A stretch of DNA of 64,000 nt, from positions 137,144,001-137,208,000 of the forward strand of contig OZ024741.1 of assembly GCA_964016885.1 (NCBI GenBank), read 5' to 3'. A model generated the notes under the pieces. That model was not told the origin of the DNA. It did not search any database and worked only from the letters and a program-made list of their open reading frames with translations. Numbering within the stretch: the stretch's first letter is position 1; every line of letters starts with the position of its first letter. This DNA comes from Eledone cirrhosa (lineage: Eukaryota). Of the stretch, positions 28,893-42,050 are shown piece by piece. The position numbers and the translations under genes were made by a program.

Positions 28893-31126
28893 GTGGTTAC
28901 ACAACAGTTAGTTCACCATACCCAGAACAATTGTTTCACCTTCGCGGATCTTCAGCGGGGGATGTGTATGGTTATAGGAACAGGAAGGACAACCGTACGA
29001 ACGCGCATGCGCAGAAACTCGGTCACTTCACACAGGCAATACTAGACTGCGTGCGGGAGGTGTAAGGGAGATAACTGCGAAAGTCCGGAAAGTTTTTAGG
29101 TTGAAAATAAAATTAAAAAAATTAAAAATAAAATTACAAAGAATCGGTCCGGAGCCTTGTAGTTATGCAATAGATGTTTGGTGACGTGCGGACAACGTGT
29201 GAAAAATTCACTTCTCGTGTTTAGGTAATCACTATTGCGTAATCTCTTTAGGATAGTTATTCGTTCGTCGATACATAAGCCACACGTCGGATTTCCCCTT
29301 GCGTATGGCTTGGACTTAGTGATGGCTTTCCATTGAATGGAGTAGCCTATACTTGAGTCCTTGAGGGACCATACGTAGCTCGCGAGTTTCGTGGATGAAC
29401 ATCTGTCCGGGTATCTGAAGGTAGACTGGTGGTTCAAGAAACGCTTCTTGAATTGGCCCTCCGCCATGCCCACATAGGATTTGACCTCCTGTATTATCTT
29501 ATACTTACCACTTATACCACCGTCGATGGTTTAGACAGGGAAATCATTGCTCACTGCCGGAAAACCCTCCTCTTCAACGACGGAGTAGGCTGGGCAAAGA
29601 AGTCTACATCTTCAGACCTGTTCGACGTCTCCATGGGATCGTTTGACAGTGCTGACGTACGTGACTTGGTTGGCCTTTTTATCTTAGACATATTACGTGT
29701 TAGATTTCCGGACTTCCACACGGGAATATACCGTGACGATGGACTGACTTTATCGAGCCATAAAAGTGGTCACGACCTCGACCGGTTTAAAAAGACTTAG
29801 CTTCTACCTTCAATGAGTTAGGCCTTAGGATAACAGTAGCCACCAACCTCTCTAGCGTAGATTTCTTAGACATTAATTTAGACCTTCGCACAACACCCAC
29901 AGAGCCTTCCATAAGTTAAACGAGAAACTTAATTACATTCACAAGGACTCATGCCACCCTCCCACTGTTTTTAGAAACTTCGTTAAGAATATCAGTACTA
30001 GAATCTCAAACCTCTCCTCTAATAAGGCTATCTTTGACAGGGCGGCACCCTACTATAACATGGCGTTGGCTAACAGCGGCTTCTCACAACCTATCACCTA
30101 CTCTCCAACTAGCAACAACACCATTAAGAAAAGTAAGCGCATCAATAGACAAACTATCTGGTTCTCTCCTCCCTTCTCACTCAACGTTAAAACCAATGTA
30201 GGAAAAAAATTTCTAGCCCTCTTAGATAGACACTTCCCCATAGGTCATAAATACCGCTCCATCTTTAACCGACACAAAGTTAAACTAGGATACTCCTGCG
30301 CTAAGAACATGAAGGCCCACATCACCAGCAGCCCTAGGAGCAACACCTCACCAGGGTGTTTTTGCCGTAAGCCTGAAGCTTGCCCCCTTCAACAGCAATG
30401 CAACACACCAGCTGTAATCTATGAAGCTGTGGTCACTTCCAACCGACCAAACGAACCACAGGAGGTCAAATCCTATGTGGGCATGGCGGAGGGCCGATTC
30501 AAGGAGCGTTTCCTGAACCACCAGTCTACCTTCAGATACCCGGACAGTCGTTCATCCACGAAACTCTCGAGCCACGTATGGTCTCTCAAGGACTCAAGTA
30601 TAGGCTACTCCATTCAATGGAAAGCCATCACTAAGTCCAAGCCATACGCAAGGGGAAATCCGACGTGTGGCTTATGTATCGACGAACGAATAACTATCCT
30701 AAAGAGATTACGCAATAGTGATTGCCTAAACACGAGAAGTGAATTTTTCACACGTTGTCCACACATCACCAAACATCTATTGCATAACTACAAGGCTCCG
30801 GACTGATTCTTTGTAATTTTATTTTTAATTTTTTTAATTTTATTTTCAACCTAAAAACTTTCCGGACTTTCGCAGTTATCTCCCTTACACCTCCCGCACG
30901 CAGTCTAGTATTGCCTGTGTGAAGTGACCGAGTTTCTGCGCATGCGCGTTCGTACGGTTGTCCTTCCTGTTCCTATAACCATACACATCCAGAGCTGAAG
31001 ATCCGCGAAGGTGAAACAATTGTTCTGGGTATGGTGAACTAACTGTTGTGTAACCACTTCTACCTAACTCGTCCCTTGGACTGAGTGCTCTACCACTACG
31101 GATATTACCTTCCAGTGTTCCACCAC
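28889..31126 (+). mobile_element. Naiad-type Penelope element, 5'-truncated and frameshifted, preceded by an inverted copy of its own 3' ~600 bp
   Basis: 29493-30806 (+) reads FDVSMGSFDSA, GIYRDDGL, VDFLDINLDL, WFSPPFS, CFCRKPEACPLQQQC, VIY...YVGMAEGRFKERFLNH, CGLCIDE. 28889-29492 is the reverse complement of 30458-31062. Tail at 31063-31126; (TA)n flanks. Confidence 0.95.
30989..31028 (+). ncRNA. Minimal hammerhead ribozyme motif in the PLE 3' UTR
   Basis: ccagag-CTGAAGA-tccgcgaaggt-GAAA-CAATTG-TT-ctgg; palindromic loop III; stem I is imperfect in this copy. Confidence 0.6.
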
Positions 31127-31190
<64 letters not shown>

Positions 31191-32199
31191 CCACGCATTG
31201 TCAAGCAGCGATGGATATAAGATCTTGCTTCTAATTTGGCAAAAATTCCCACAACCACCCAACACTAAAACACATTCTTTCTTTCTCTCTCTCTTTCTTT
31301 CTCCAAACACACAGTTGCTTCCTCTCTCCGCCTAGCAGACATTGCGATGCACTCACGGATATAAGCCTTTCTACATATTTTGGTTACGCATCATAGCATC
31401 ACGGCTGCTATTGCGATGTTTTTTTTTCTATGTAAGGCTTCTGGCTATTTAGATTTTCTGTTGATCTTGTCTTAAATGTCTCCACATATTCTCCAGAGAT
31501 CTTAATATATCTGGAGAATATGTGGAGAGCTATTTAATATCCTGTCACTAAGTTATTAATAATAAAAGGGCTGGGTAGTTAAGAAGTTCACTTCGCTATC
31601 ACGAGGCCTCGTGTTTGATCCTGCTAGGGTAGTGTCTTTACTATAGCTTCGAGTTAACTCAAGCCTTGTGAATGAAATTGGATAAATGAAAACAGACTAA
31701 GTAATACTTGTTTTTATTTTAACATTTTGATTCGTATATGTGTGACATATGGTCGAGTTGTCGGTGACTAAACCGGCTCCCTCATCAAACCCTTAGTTTT
31801 GTGAGGAGGGTAAGTGAAATCCCAGCAGCACAAAAAAACATGAGCTGTTAAAAGGAAGGATGAACTCCTTAGAGTCAATGGCCATTCACCTCAACTATGG
31901 GTTAAATAGCCTCACCTACCTGTAATCAGCCAAGCCTGGTGAGTACAGCTACATAACTGACATGACCAAAACCAAAGAGAAAGCGGTGGAGGTCAACTAG
32001 GGAGGGGTTCCTTCAACGGGAGCGAGAAGGCCTTGAGTTGGATGTGTGACAAATGTTTCAGTGAAGTTTTCAACCACTTAAACTTTAATACACGATGGAC
32101 TACACTTGTAATTCAAAGATAAGCCTTGACACATATTGTATCACGTGAGCTCCGCCTGAGTGCATGTGACAGTGGAATATTCAACCACTTACTCTATAA

Positions 32200-32380
32200 T
32201 TGTTTCTACTTTTGGCACAAGGCCAGCAATTATCCCAGTGCAACACTGGTACTTCATTTTATCGACCCCGTAAGTATGAAAGGCAAAGTTAGCCTCGGCG
32301 TGATTTGAACTCAGACCGTAAAGGGGCGTAACTCTATGCTGCAAGGCATGGCGTCCGACCTTCTACTGATACTGCCAATC
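32200..32380 (-). mobile_element. tRNA-derived SINE copy with probable TSD
   Basis: Same family as 10036-10222; flanked by the direct repeat caaccacttactctataat (about 32182-32200 and 32380-32398). Confidence 0.85.
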
Positions 32381-33550
32381 AACCACTTACTCTATAATAC
32401 AAGATGGACTGCACATATCATTCACTGCATCATGCCGATTCTGCCAGGGGATTACGTTAAGAGTGCATTTAATCCTGGAATACTCAACCACTTATTAATT
32501 AACGCGTCGGACAACTGATCGATCTTCATCAAAAGCGACAGAGGATACATCATTATTTTTCTATAAAATGATGACTTCACCTACGATAAGAGAGCCATCA
32601 ATGTTGTAACTGTCACTAACAGATATATCTACTTCTCTCTTTCTCTCTCTCCAGCTTACTTGTGTCTTACTTACGTGTCTCTCTGCTTACTCTCCACTGT
32701 CTGTCTGTGTATCTGTCTGACGGACGGCCTGTCTGTCTGTCTATCACTCTTTTCCCCTCTGCCGCTGTGCCTCTCTCCTCACTCTCCAATGTCTGCCGTC
32801 TGTCTGGCAATCAGTCAGTCTGTATGTCTGTCTATCACTTTCTCTCTCTTCCCTCTTCTACTGTGCCTTTTTCCTCACTCTCCATTATCAGCCTGTCTGT
32901 CTATCACGTTTTCTTTCTCATCTCTTTTTCTCGCTCTGTCTCTCTCTCTCTCTCCCCTTCATCGCTCTCTCTACACTGTTTGTATGACTGTCTTTCTCAC
33001 CTCTCTTTCTCGCTCCACCTGTCTCTCTCTCAACTCTCCCGCCTTCTCTTTTATGTCTGTCTGTATGCCTATCTGCCTGTCTTTCCTTGTTTCTGTCTCT
33101 GTCTCCATGCGTTTTCTGTCTCGTCGTTTTACTTTCTCTCCACATTCTCAATTTCTCCCCACACTTGCTTATTTATTTAATTCGTTATATTTTCGTTATT
33201 TATACCAGAGCACATTAACTGTATATTTGAAAATGTTTTTATTACTACGATGGCGTTAGGAAGGGCATCCAGCTGTAGAAAACAAGCGAAAATCAGTTCC
33301 ATTTATGCGAATCAAGGTCCTCTGACCCTATCTCCCACAAAGGGACTGCCCGTCATACCCATGCTAGCTTGGAAAATGGACGTTAAATGATGATGATGAT
33401 ACTTTTTATGAACAAAATTTTCTATTTCGTTATTAATTTTTTTCTTCGTTATTTGGTCATTTTTTAATTCAGTTTTTTAAAATTTAATTCGTTAGTTATA
33501 ACGTCAATTAATTAGTACATTATATAGAGAGGATTCCTGGCTTTCACTCA

Positions 33551-33670
33551 GGCGGCCCGGGCTAAATAGTTAGAGAATTGGACTCTCAATCGTGAGGTTA
33601 TGAGTTCGATTCCTGGACCGGGCGATGCGTTATATCCTTGGGCAAGACACTTTGTTTCACGATGCTCCTT
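33551..33670 (+). mobile_element. Second tRNA-derived SINE family, 5' portion
   Basis: tRNA-like head with B-box GAGTTCGATTCC followed by ...tccttgggcaagacacttt... Related decayed copies lie at about 22935-23150 and 31565-31690. Confidence 0.6.
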
Positions 33671-34114
33671 CTACCTGGAGTTGCGACCAATAGATAGTAT
33701 TAGCAATTGGAAAGACCAACGGAAACATTGTTTCCTCAGTCCCATTTGGCGAAAGTCGATCGACTATCGAATATATATATTTTGTTATTAATATATTTAT
33801 TTATTTACTTTGTTGTTTATCCATCTTCATTTTGTTATTTAACTCGTTGTATATTTACTTCCTTTTTTATTTTGTTATTTTGTTATTTAATTTAATTTTT
33901 TTTATCCCATGTCGTTATTTAATTCCTTTTTTTTTTTATTCAAAGTATTATTTATTTCGTTATTCATTAATTTCTTTTATTTCATTATATATTTAGTCCG
34001 CTATTTAATAACTTATTTAACGTAACTTTCGTTATTTAAAAATTATATAATTTCGTTATTTATTTCGTTAATTATTTAATCGGTTATTTATTTAATTATT
34101 TATTTTCCTACAAG

Positions 34115-34338
34115 GGGGATGGATTGGCAGTGCCAGTAGAGCGTCGGACGCCATACTTCGCGGCATAGAGTTACAGTCTTTTACGTTCTGAGTTCAAATC
34201 CCCCGCTGAGGTTAGCTTTGCTTTTCCTCCTTACAAGGTCGATAATATAAAATACCAATAACGCACTGGGGGTCGATTTAATCGACTTCCCCTTCCTCCT
34301 GAAAATTGTTGGCCTTGTATCTAAATCAGAAACAATTA
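34115..34338 (+). mobile_element. tRNA-derived SINE copy
   Basis: ggattggcagtgccagtagagcgtcggacg...ctgagttcaaatcc...gtcgataa...ggggtcgatttaatcgac...agaaacaattatt. Confidence 0.85.
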
Positions 34339-34862
34339 TTTATTATCCTAAAAAATGTCTTTATTTAGAGTCGTTTATTTAATTCATTACTTATTTTTTG
34401 TCTGTTTGCCTATCTTTCTGTATAACACTTACTCCCCAAAACACAATTTTGAATAATCAATCAACCTGCCAAAACTGTTCACAATCTCTTTACTACTTGT
34501 CATCAAGGTTTGATCAACAACATCCGTGGGAGATGATTGATTCTATTGAATTCTACTCATTTCAATATAGATCACATCTCATATCTCACTCTCTATCTCA
34601 GGCATTCTCTCTCACTCTCTATTTCAGTCACCCTCTCTCCCAGTCCTCTCTTACTCTCTCTCAATCACACTTTCCCTGTCTCTGTCTATTGTCCTCTCTC
34701 TCTCAGTCACTCTCTCTGTAGCTGTATCATAACACTTAGGTGTTGTAAGATCCTCTCCCACCACTGAAGTTAATTGTCATTATCGAGTGTACTGGGGGCG
34801 GAGTGAGTAGGTGGAAATTAAACTGACTCCTGATTCCTACTGACACTAATATGTCATATTTT

Positions 34863-34932
<70 letters not shown>

Positions 34933-35817
34933 CCTCTCTCTCTCTCTCTCTCTCCCCCCTCTCTCTCTCTTACCCTCTCACTCTTTCTTTCATTGGCTAC
35001 AGGTCCAATTAGATCTGAACCGCACAACAGAAGTTTTCAACATCTGCACACGTGTGCAGTGGCTTCCACATCGGCCTGTATCCGCAACTTGGCGCTCACT
35101 TTCGAACAACAAGTGGGTATCCATGGACCATTAAGGACGGTTAAAGCAATGCAAAATTATGTGTGTATGTGTCGCTGTATCTTCGTTTCGTCTACTGTAT
35201 TTTTATATCTTGTAACTTTTCAGTTCGCCAAATAAGGATCGATAAAAGGAGTGTCAGACTTAAAAAAGTAATTAGTACTTTGATTTTATTTCGGATTATC
35301 AACACATTCTGACTACTGAATACTAGGTCTTTGTGTATCACATATTCCCATGTAACAATGTATGTATATAAAGTTTCTCCGAGTTTCTCATGCGCTGCGT
35401 GTAAACCACAATCGGTTACAAGAATTAAATATATTTTGGTCTGTTGGAATATGAAAATATTAACAGTAAGAAGTGATAACTGCCTCAAGTAAGCATAATT
35501 AATTGATCGATTGATTGAGGTGTCAGGTGATGCCCGTGAGAGTACCTGGTTATTTCAGCGCATTAGCCTCGCCATCACCCTTGGCGAGCGTGTTGGCTTG
35601 CCTCAAAGTGTTTAGTTAACTTCTAAGGTGTGAGGTGCGGTCGATTGTCGCACTTGGTAGTGAATTGCTCCCCGACCCCTATTTTTTCTTTCCTTTATAA
35701 TTTTTGTTCAATGAATTATATTATTACATTTTTATACACGTTGAAACATTAATTAAGTTCCACAGCAACTAGCAAAAACAAACTAAAAATTATTTAGAAT
35801 GTTAAAGTATAACTTAC

Positions 35818-36059
35818 TCTGTTTTCATTATCATCTTTATCGTATAGCGCTTCGTTTTTCTCACGTAGCTTCTTGGCTTTACGCTTTGCTTTTCCCCCCC
35901 AATAGGTGTAGTTCACCGCTGCGTACTCCAGCAAGGCGGCGAACACAAATACGAAACACATGACCAGATAAATGTCAATAGCTTTGACATAAGAGATTCG
36001 CGGTAAAGAGGACCGCACCCCGTTGCTTATGGTTGTCATTGTCAACACAGTGGTGATAC
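35818..36059 (-). CDS. LCCH3: GABA-A receptor beta-like (LCCH3-type) Cys-loop chloride channel subunit, penultimate coding exon (end of TM2, TM3, start of intracellular loop)
   Basis: Translation (G)[63 protein letters not shown] is the characteristic invertebrate GABA-beta/LCCH3 TM2-TM3 sequence. Acceptor ttttttttatttgcag ends at 36060 (phase 1); donor GTAAGT at 35817-35812 (phase 0). Confidence 0.95.
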
Positions 36060-36589
36060 CTGCAAATAAAAAAAAATGGTAAAATAAAATATACAAATCT
36101 TTAGAGATTTAAACGAATATAAAATTTATTTATTTTATAATTTAATTAAATTACAGTCAATAAATCAATTCAAAGTTGTATAAATAGCATTGCAAATATT
36201 GATGGGAATATGAAAGAAAAAGAAAAAAGAAGCATAAATTGATAAAAACCGAAACCAAGCAAAGCAGCAAACAGAGGAGGGAAGGGCAGATCTGACTCTA
36301 TAGGAATGTAGGAGAAAGGGTTATAAATGCCATAAATGAGAGGAAAAGGAGGGGAAAAGCAAGATCTATGAGGCCACGGAAGAAAGGGAAGGAGAAGGGG
36401 AGAGGGTGATAGGCTCTATGCCTGGGGCGGGGCGGTGTTTGGGCTGCGTCACGCGGACATGACTGCAAAGGCATTTCCGCGGACAATGGCCAGCGGCACC
36501 CGCTGCAAAAGCCACCCCACCCCTCGGGGTTCCTTTCTCAGACATAGACTTAAACAAATTGGAATACTTAATATAAAGAAAGGTGTGTG

Positions 36590-37215
36590 AAGACCCTTGG
36601 CGTTGGATTGACAATCGTTAGTTAAAACGTTGGAGAAACGCTTCAAGGTATTTATACTGACTTATTACGTTGTTAGTTCAAATCCCACCGCGATCAACTT
36701 TGCCTTTTATCCTTTCAGGCTTTATGAATTAAATCTGCTAACATTGTGCTTTAATTAGAAATCAATAATTTAATGATTGAATACAGATATTTTACGAAAA
36801 ATATGCTGAAGGCAAATTAGCAGAGTCATTAAACTGTCGATATTAGTTCCGGTTTTTTGCACCCCGAGTTCAAACCTCGCTGAGGCCAACTTTGTCTTTA
36901 ATTCTTACGGGGTCGATAAAATGAAGTACCAATAAAATATTAGGGTCAAATTAATCGACTTTCCCTTTTCCTCCAAAGTTTCTGGCTTTTTGACTAAATT
37001 AGAAAACCATTATTAAAGTAGTGAGGGCGTTGGGTTGGTAATATCAATAGAGTGTCGGACAAAATCCTCTACGGCATTTAGTTTCTACAATCTGAGTTCA
37101 AATCTCGCTGAGGTCAGCTTTGCTTTTCCTCCTTTCAGTTCCATAAAACGAAGTACCAGTGAATTATTGGGGTAGATTCAATCGACTTTCCCCTCCCTTC
37201 AACCCCTTTCCAAAA
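36590..37215 (+). mobile_element. Cluster of three head-to-tail decayed SINE copies
   Basis: Three successive gttcaaa(t/c)c...tttgcc/gtcgataaaatgaagtacc cores at about 36675, 36866 and 37094. Confidence 0.75.
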
Positions 37216-37454
37216 TGGAAGGGGTGGACGTTTGGTCTAGTGGTGTGGGAAATATTGAAAACAGGTAGAAGGGCACATACAGGGTCATCTGAATAATACT
37301 ATAGCCACCACCACCACCACCACCACCACCACCACCACCACCTCCTATGGAGGGAAAAGTAATGCATAAAGGATCCTACACACACATCCACAGCATATAT
37401 AGAATGGCATGAGTTACTTAGATCCGGTTGGCTTCCGTGTAAAACAATTCACTT

Positions 37455-37945
37455 GGGCTGTACATACATAATCACAGCATAAATAGATATCAATATTAGG
37501 CCTCTATACCTGGTGGGATCCGGGACAAAGCAATGCACTGACACCCCCCTCCACATACACAACCACATACATAAATAATCTTTTGGACCCCAGACATGCC
37601 TGGCCACCGGGCAAAGCAAGTCACTGGTGAGCACTACATACATAACCGCAGCATGCATAGATGTTATTGGACTCCTAAATCTGTTGGGACCCTGGCACAG
37701 CAATGCATTGGGTTCTATACATACATAAATACAGCATACATAACATAGGGCCTCTTGAACAGATGCGTTCCCGGGAAAAGGATTGCACTGAGGCCCTTAC
37801 ATACATAACCACATCATACATTGATTAGCATTGGACCCTTAGACATGGTGGGTCACCGAGCAAAGAAATGCATTTGCTGCCCTACATACACAATCATAGC
37901 ATACAAAAATTGACTTTAGATTTCTAGAACCGATGGGCTCTGGGG
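37455..37945. repeat. Degenerate ~85-bp tandem repeat (about 6 units)
   Basis: Recurring tacatacataa(c/t)cacagcata...ttggacc...gggacc/ccgggcaaagcaatgcact motif at about 37461, 37553, 37636, 37718, 37798 and 37884. Confidence 0.7.
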
Positions 37946-38247
37946 TAACTACCAAGTTTACTCACATTGGGAATAGGGAGAAAAGTGACACCTATACACC
38001 ATGTGAGAATGTAGATGGTTTACTTCCCACAGATTATTTTGATACCATTCTAGTTAGTATTTCACAAGAATTAATTCATCATGATAAATAGAATTTCTGA
38101 AAGAAAAAAAAAGATTGCAATCGTTCTTGGAAAATCATACAACAGCTAGCGAAAAGAAAGAATAAGCCCCCAAAATAAAATGAAATAAAATAAAAAAAAA
38201 GAAACAAAATAAAACAAAGAACCGACTAGGGAGAGGGGGGGGGGGGG

Positions 38248-38312
<65 letters not shown>

Positions 38313-38528
38313 ACACAATGAAAACATTTAAAGTAGCAAAAATAAAGGCAAAACCAGGCAACCTTTCTGAAACCGGAATGCATGCAGGGTCCCATAACTC
38401 CCGAGGATGCTGTAGTGGTGTACGGTGTTTCTAGGGCATTTTAAAACCTGGCTGATACCATTTCTTTTCCAGGTCTGAATATACGGCACATTTCTTCCAG
38501 AGAGAGAGAGGGAGAGAGAGAGAGAGAA

Positions 38529-38619
<91 letters not shown>

Positions 38620-38724
38620 AGAATCGACTCCAGTACTTGCCTGGTACTTTTTTTTGATCGATGTCGAATGGATGAAAGGTAAAGTTGACCTTGGCGGGAA
38701 TTGGGCTGAGTGAGCAGAGAGCTC

Positions 38725-39700
38725 AGGATATTTCTCAAGCACATCGGATCAGCATTACTTTGTTCCAACGGCTCTATAGCAGTGCAGAGATTTGCGTGCG
38801 GGTGGGCGGGAAGGACTCCGACTGGTTCCCCATCGGCAGTGGGATCGGGCAGGGATGTTTCGCTGCCCACGACCTCTTCAACTCTATCATCGGCTATCTG
38901 ATAGCCAATGTCTGTGAGCGAGTTTCTGGTGTTACTTTCAGAAGCTACCATTTTAACGACATGGAGTACCCGAATGACACCATACTATTCAGCAACTCGA
39001 TCGATCAGCTCAGGGACACACTGACCATATACCGTGAGGAATCAGCAAAGCTTGGTCTTCAGATGAGCTGGGCGAGGACCAAGCTGATACATGTCGGCGA
39101 TAGTCCAGATCCTCCCCCGCTTCATATTGACCCCGACGTCGTGGAGTTTGTCAACCGCATATGTGGTCTGGCCACCGGGGTCATGCAATCCCTCAGAAGC
39201 CCCTTTGGCGCTACTGCTCTATCTCCCAGAAGACGAAGCTCAGTATTTACAACGCATCAATCCTCTCTGTTCTCGTCTATGGAGCAGAAACGTGGCCTCT
39301 CACGAAGCCCCTAGCAAAGAGGACCAACAGCTTCGTTAGTAGAGCCATGAGGACCATCGAGAACATCAGATGTTATAACCTCGTTTCCAACAGAGAGTTG
39401 CGTGCGCGCATACATTAGCCCGCAACCTCCCGGCTCATAACCATCTGCCGCATGCGCTGGTGCGGACATTTCATCCGCCTGCCGCCAGTTCATTCTACCA
39501 GAGCCTAGACTCGTTTGACGTAGCAGTTTCAGGCTCGACATCACCTTGGAGCACGCAGAGGGGCTAGCACAGGACCGCCAGCGATGGAGGGTATCGGTGG
39601 TTTTGGTCGGCTTTACGCATGATGACTCTGCATCACTGACTTAAGATGACCTCAGTCTCATCGAGCAAGAAGAAGAAGAAGAAGAAGAAGAAGAAGAAGA
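38725..39700 (+). mobile_element. Decayed RTE-type LINE fragment with (AAG)n tail
   Basis: SDWFPIGSGIGQGCFAAHDLFN, MEYPND (decayed YADD), KLGLQMSWARTK, KTKLSIYNASILSVLVYGAETWPLTK and RMRWCGH across frameshifts. Confidence 0.85.
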
Positions 39701-39909
39701 GAGAGCGGAACCGAATGCTGCAAAGCATTCTCTCTAACGTTCTAACGGCTTTACCTGAAACCAAAATAGTGTTCAACAAAACAAATATTCTAAAAGTAAC
39801 ATTTTACCAATAAGTTTTATTTGTTATACTGGGAAATTTTCCGCCATTTTTTCCCCAAAGTAATTTTCTACTAATAAGCTTTATATTTTGTACTAGGCAC
39901 GCGAGAAGG

Positions 39910-39971
<62 letters not shown>

Positions 39972-40514
39972 GTGGGTGGGGTAGGAGAGAGAAAGAGGAG
40001 AAAGAGAAAGAGGAGAGAAAGAGAGAGGAGAGGAGAGAGAGAGGAGAGGAGAGAGAGAGAGGTGAAGAGAGAGAGAGGAGAGGGAAAGTAGAGGAGAGAG
40101 AGGGGAGATAGAGAGAATAGAAAATATTAATAAACAATGCAATGACTGTAGTGGAGTAATAATAATGATAATAAGAAAAGCTATTATTATAAGCCCATCG
40201 ACAACAACAGCAATTATGACATTGAAAACAAATGTATAAGGCAAGAGTAACGGTAATAATATGATAACTAATAACATTAATAATAACAACAACAACAACA
40301 GGAACAAAACAAATGAAAAATAAGCAAGCAAAACGAAACACGAAGAATCAAACAGAAATATAAAAGAAATAGACAAGACAAGAGTAACTTCAGGCAAAAC
40401 TTATACGTAAATATTTTGGCTTCTATCTAATAAATGATTATACAGACATACTTACACACTAACATACTTACATATACACATACATACATATATACATACA
40501 TACACACATACATA

Positions 40515-40590
<76 letters not shown>

Positions 40591-41659
40591 CACAAAGACA
40601 TATATGAATTTATTTTCGTTCGAGTTTACGCTCCGCGTGTATAAACCAGTCAAAAGAATTGGTACTCAAACTCTCTCCTTACTATATATATATATATTCA
40701 CACATATGCAAACATAAACACACATTTATACATAAATATATTACTGAAATTCTTATTAATAATGATTGTTTCTAGCTTTGGTACAAGGCCAGTAATTTGA
40801 AGGGAAAGGGAAAGTGTTGACATTTCAGAAATTTAAAAAAAGTGAATCTTTAAATAAACAAAATATATTTAATCAACAGCCACGAAATTTAGTAGATAAA
40901 TTATGTAATATTCATTCATTATTTATTCAAAGTAATGCAACTTATTTTACTAATGGGATAAACAAATTATAAACCGTACGCAGTCCCGCGCTCTTTACTT
41001 TATTATAGTTTAGATTAGGTGAAGTTTACTTAATAGTTTTGAGTCTCGCGCTTCAAATTGTTCATGCGATTGATGAACGAAATGGAGCGACATTTTATTA
41101 GCAAATATATTCGAAAACACATTAAGATATGAATGGACAATAGTGCATCGTGATATAATTGGTTGTCGAATTTACAGTTTGCACCTCAAAATTTCCACAG
41201 GCGTCAATTAATGAAGAAAGAAACCATAGTGTTTGAAACCGAAAAAAGAAGAGAAGAAAATGTAAAGCAACAACGAATGATCCGACCATAGCCTTTACTT
41301 AACCTCACCTACTGCTATCTATATCATCCCATGTTCCATGTAAGAATTAACGTCATCCTCCAAGATCTAACTTCATCAACTATGCCATTATCCACTTCTT
41401 CATCAACAATGCCCTTTACCCACGTCACCATATGTTCCATATAAGGAGGTCACATGATAACGAATGATCTGACTGAATCAACCATACGTTTTACTTCCCC
41501 TGATCCATTATCTGTGTCACCGTATGTTTCATGTAAAACCTCGTCTACTCAGTCATCAAGACCTTCGTCATAGATCAAGATCTTCGTCAAACGTGAGGGA
41601 ATAACATTCCCAGATAATAGAAACAGCCAGCATCGACGAACGTTTAGATTCAATTCCTA

Positions 41660-42050
41660 TATGGCAAATTGACAAACTCGCCAAAGCGTCGGTTTAAATG
41701 ACTCAGAATTTGTTCTGGCTCTCTGTGCTCTCTGAGTTCAAATCCCGTCAAAGTCAACTTTGGCTGTCATCCTTTCGGGTTCGATAATAAATACTAGTTT
41801 AGGGAGTGGTGGATTGGTGAAATTGTTAGAGTGTCGGATAGGACGATATTGCTATTCCTGATCAAGCTCTGTGCTTTCTGAGCTCAAATCCCATGAAGAT
41901 CAACTTTGCATTTCATCTAATCAAGGCCGATAAATAAAGTAACAGTTCACGAGAGAGTGTGGATTAGCGGAAATTTAAAAAGAATCAGATGAAATGCTTT
42001 GAGATATCTGATCCGCGTTCGCGCATTCTGAGTTCAAAACCTGTTGTCTA
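41660..42050 (+). mobile_element. Cluster of three truncated SINE heads
   Basis: Repeated ggattgg..gaa...tctgagttcaaa motifs at about 41732, 41878 and 42027. Confidence 0.65.

Noticed and set aside
29798-29800. Possible recoded stop (selenocysteine) in the Naiad-type ORF
   Set aside because: The stop is TAG and results from a frameshift; homology continues in another frame (KDLASTFNELGL...VDFLD).
32660-33259. 199-aa Leu/Ser/Cys-rich ORF
   Set aside because: (CT)/(CTGT)-rich low-complexity sequence.
33551-33625. Possible tRNA gene
   Set aside because: The cloverleaf is imperfect and it continues into a SINE body seen elsewhere in the window; treated as a SINE head.
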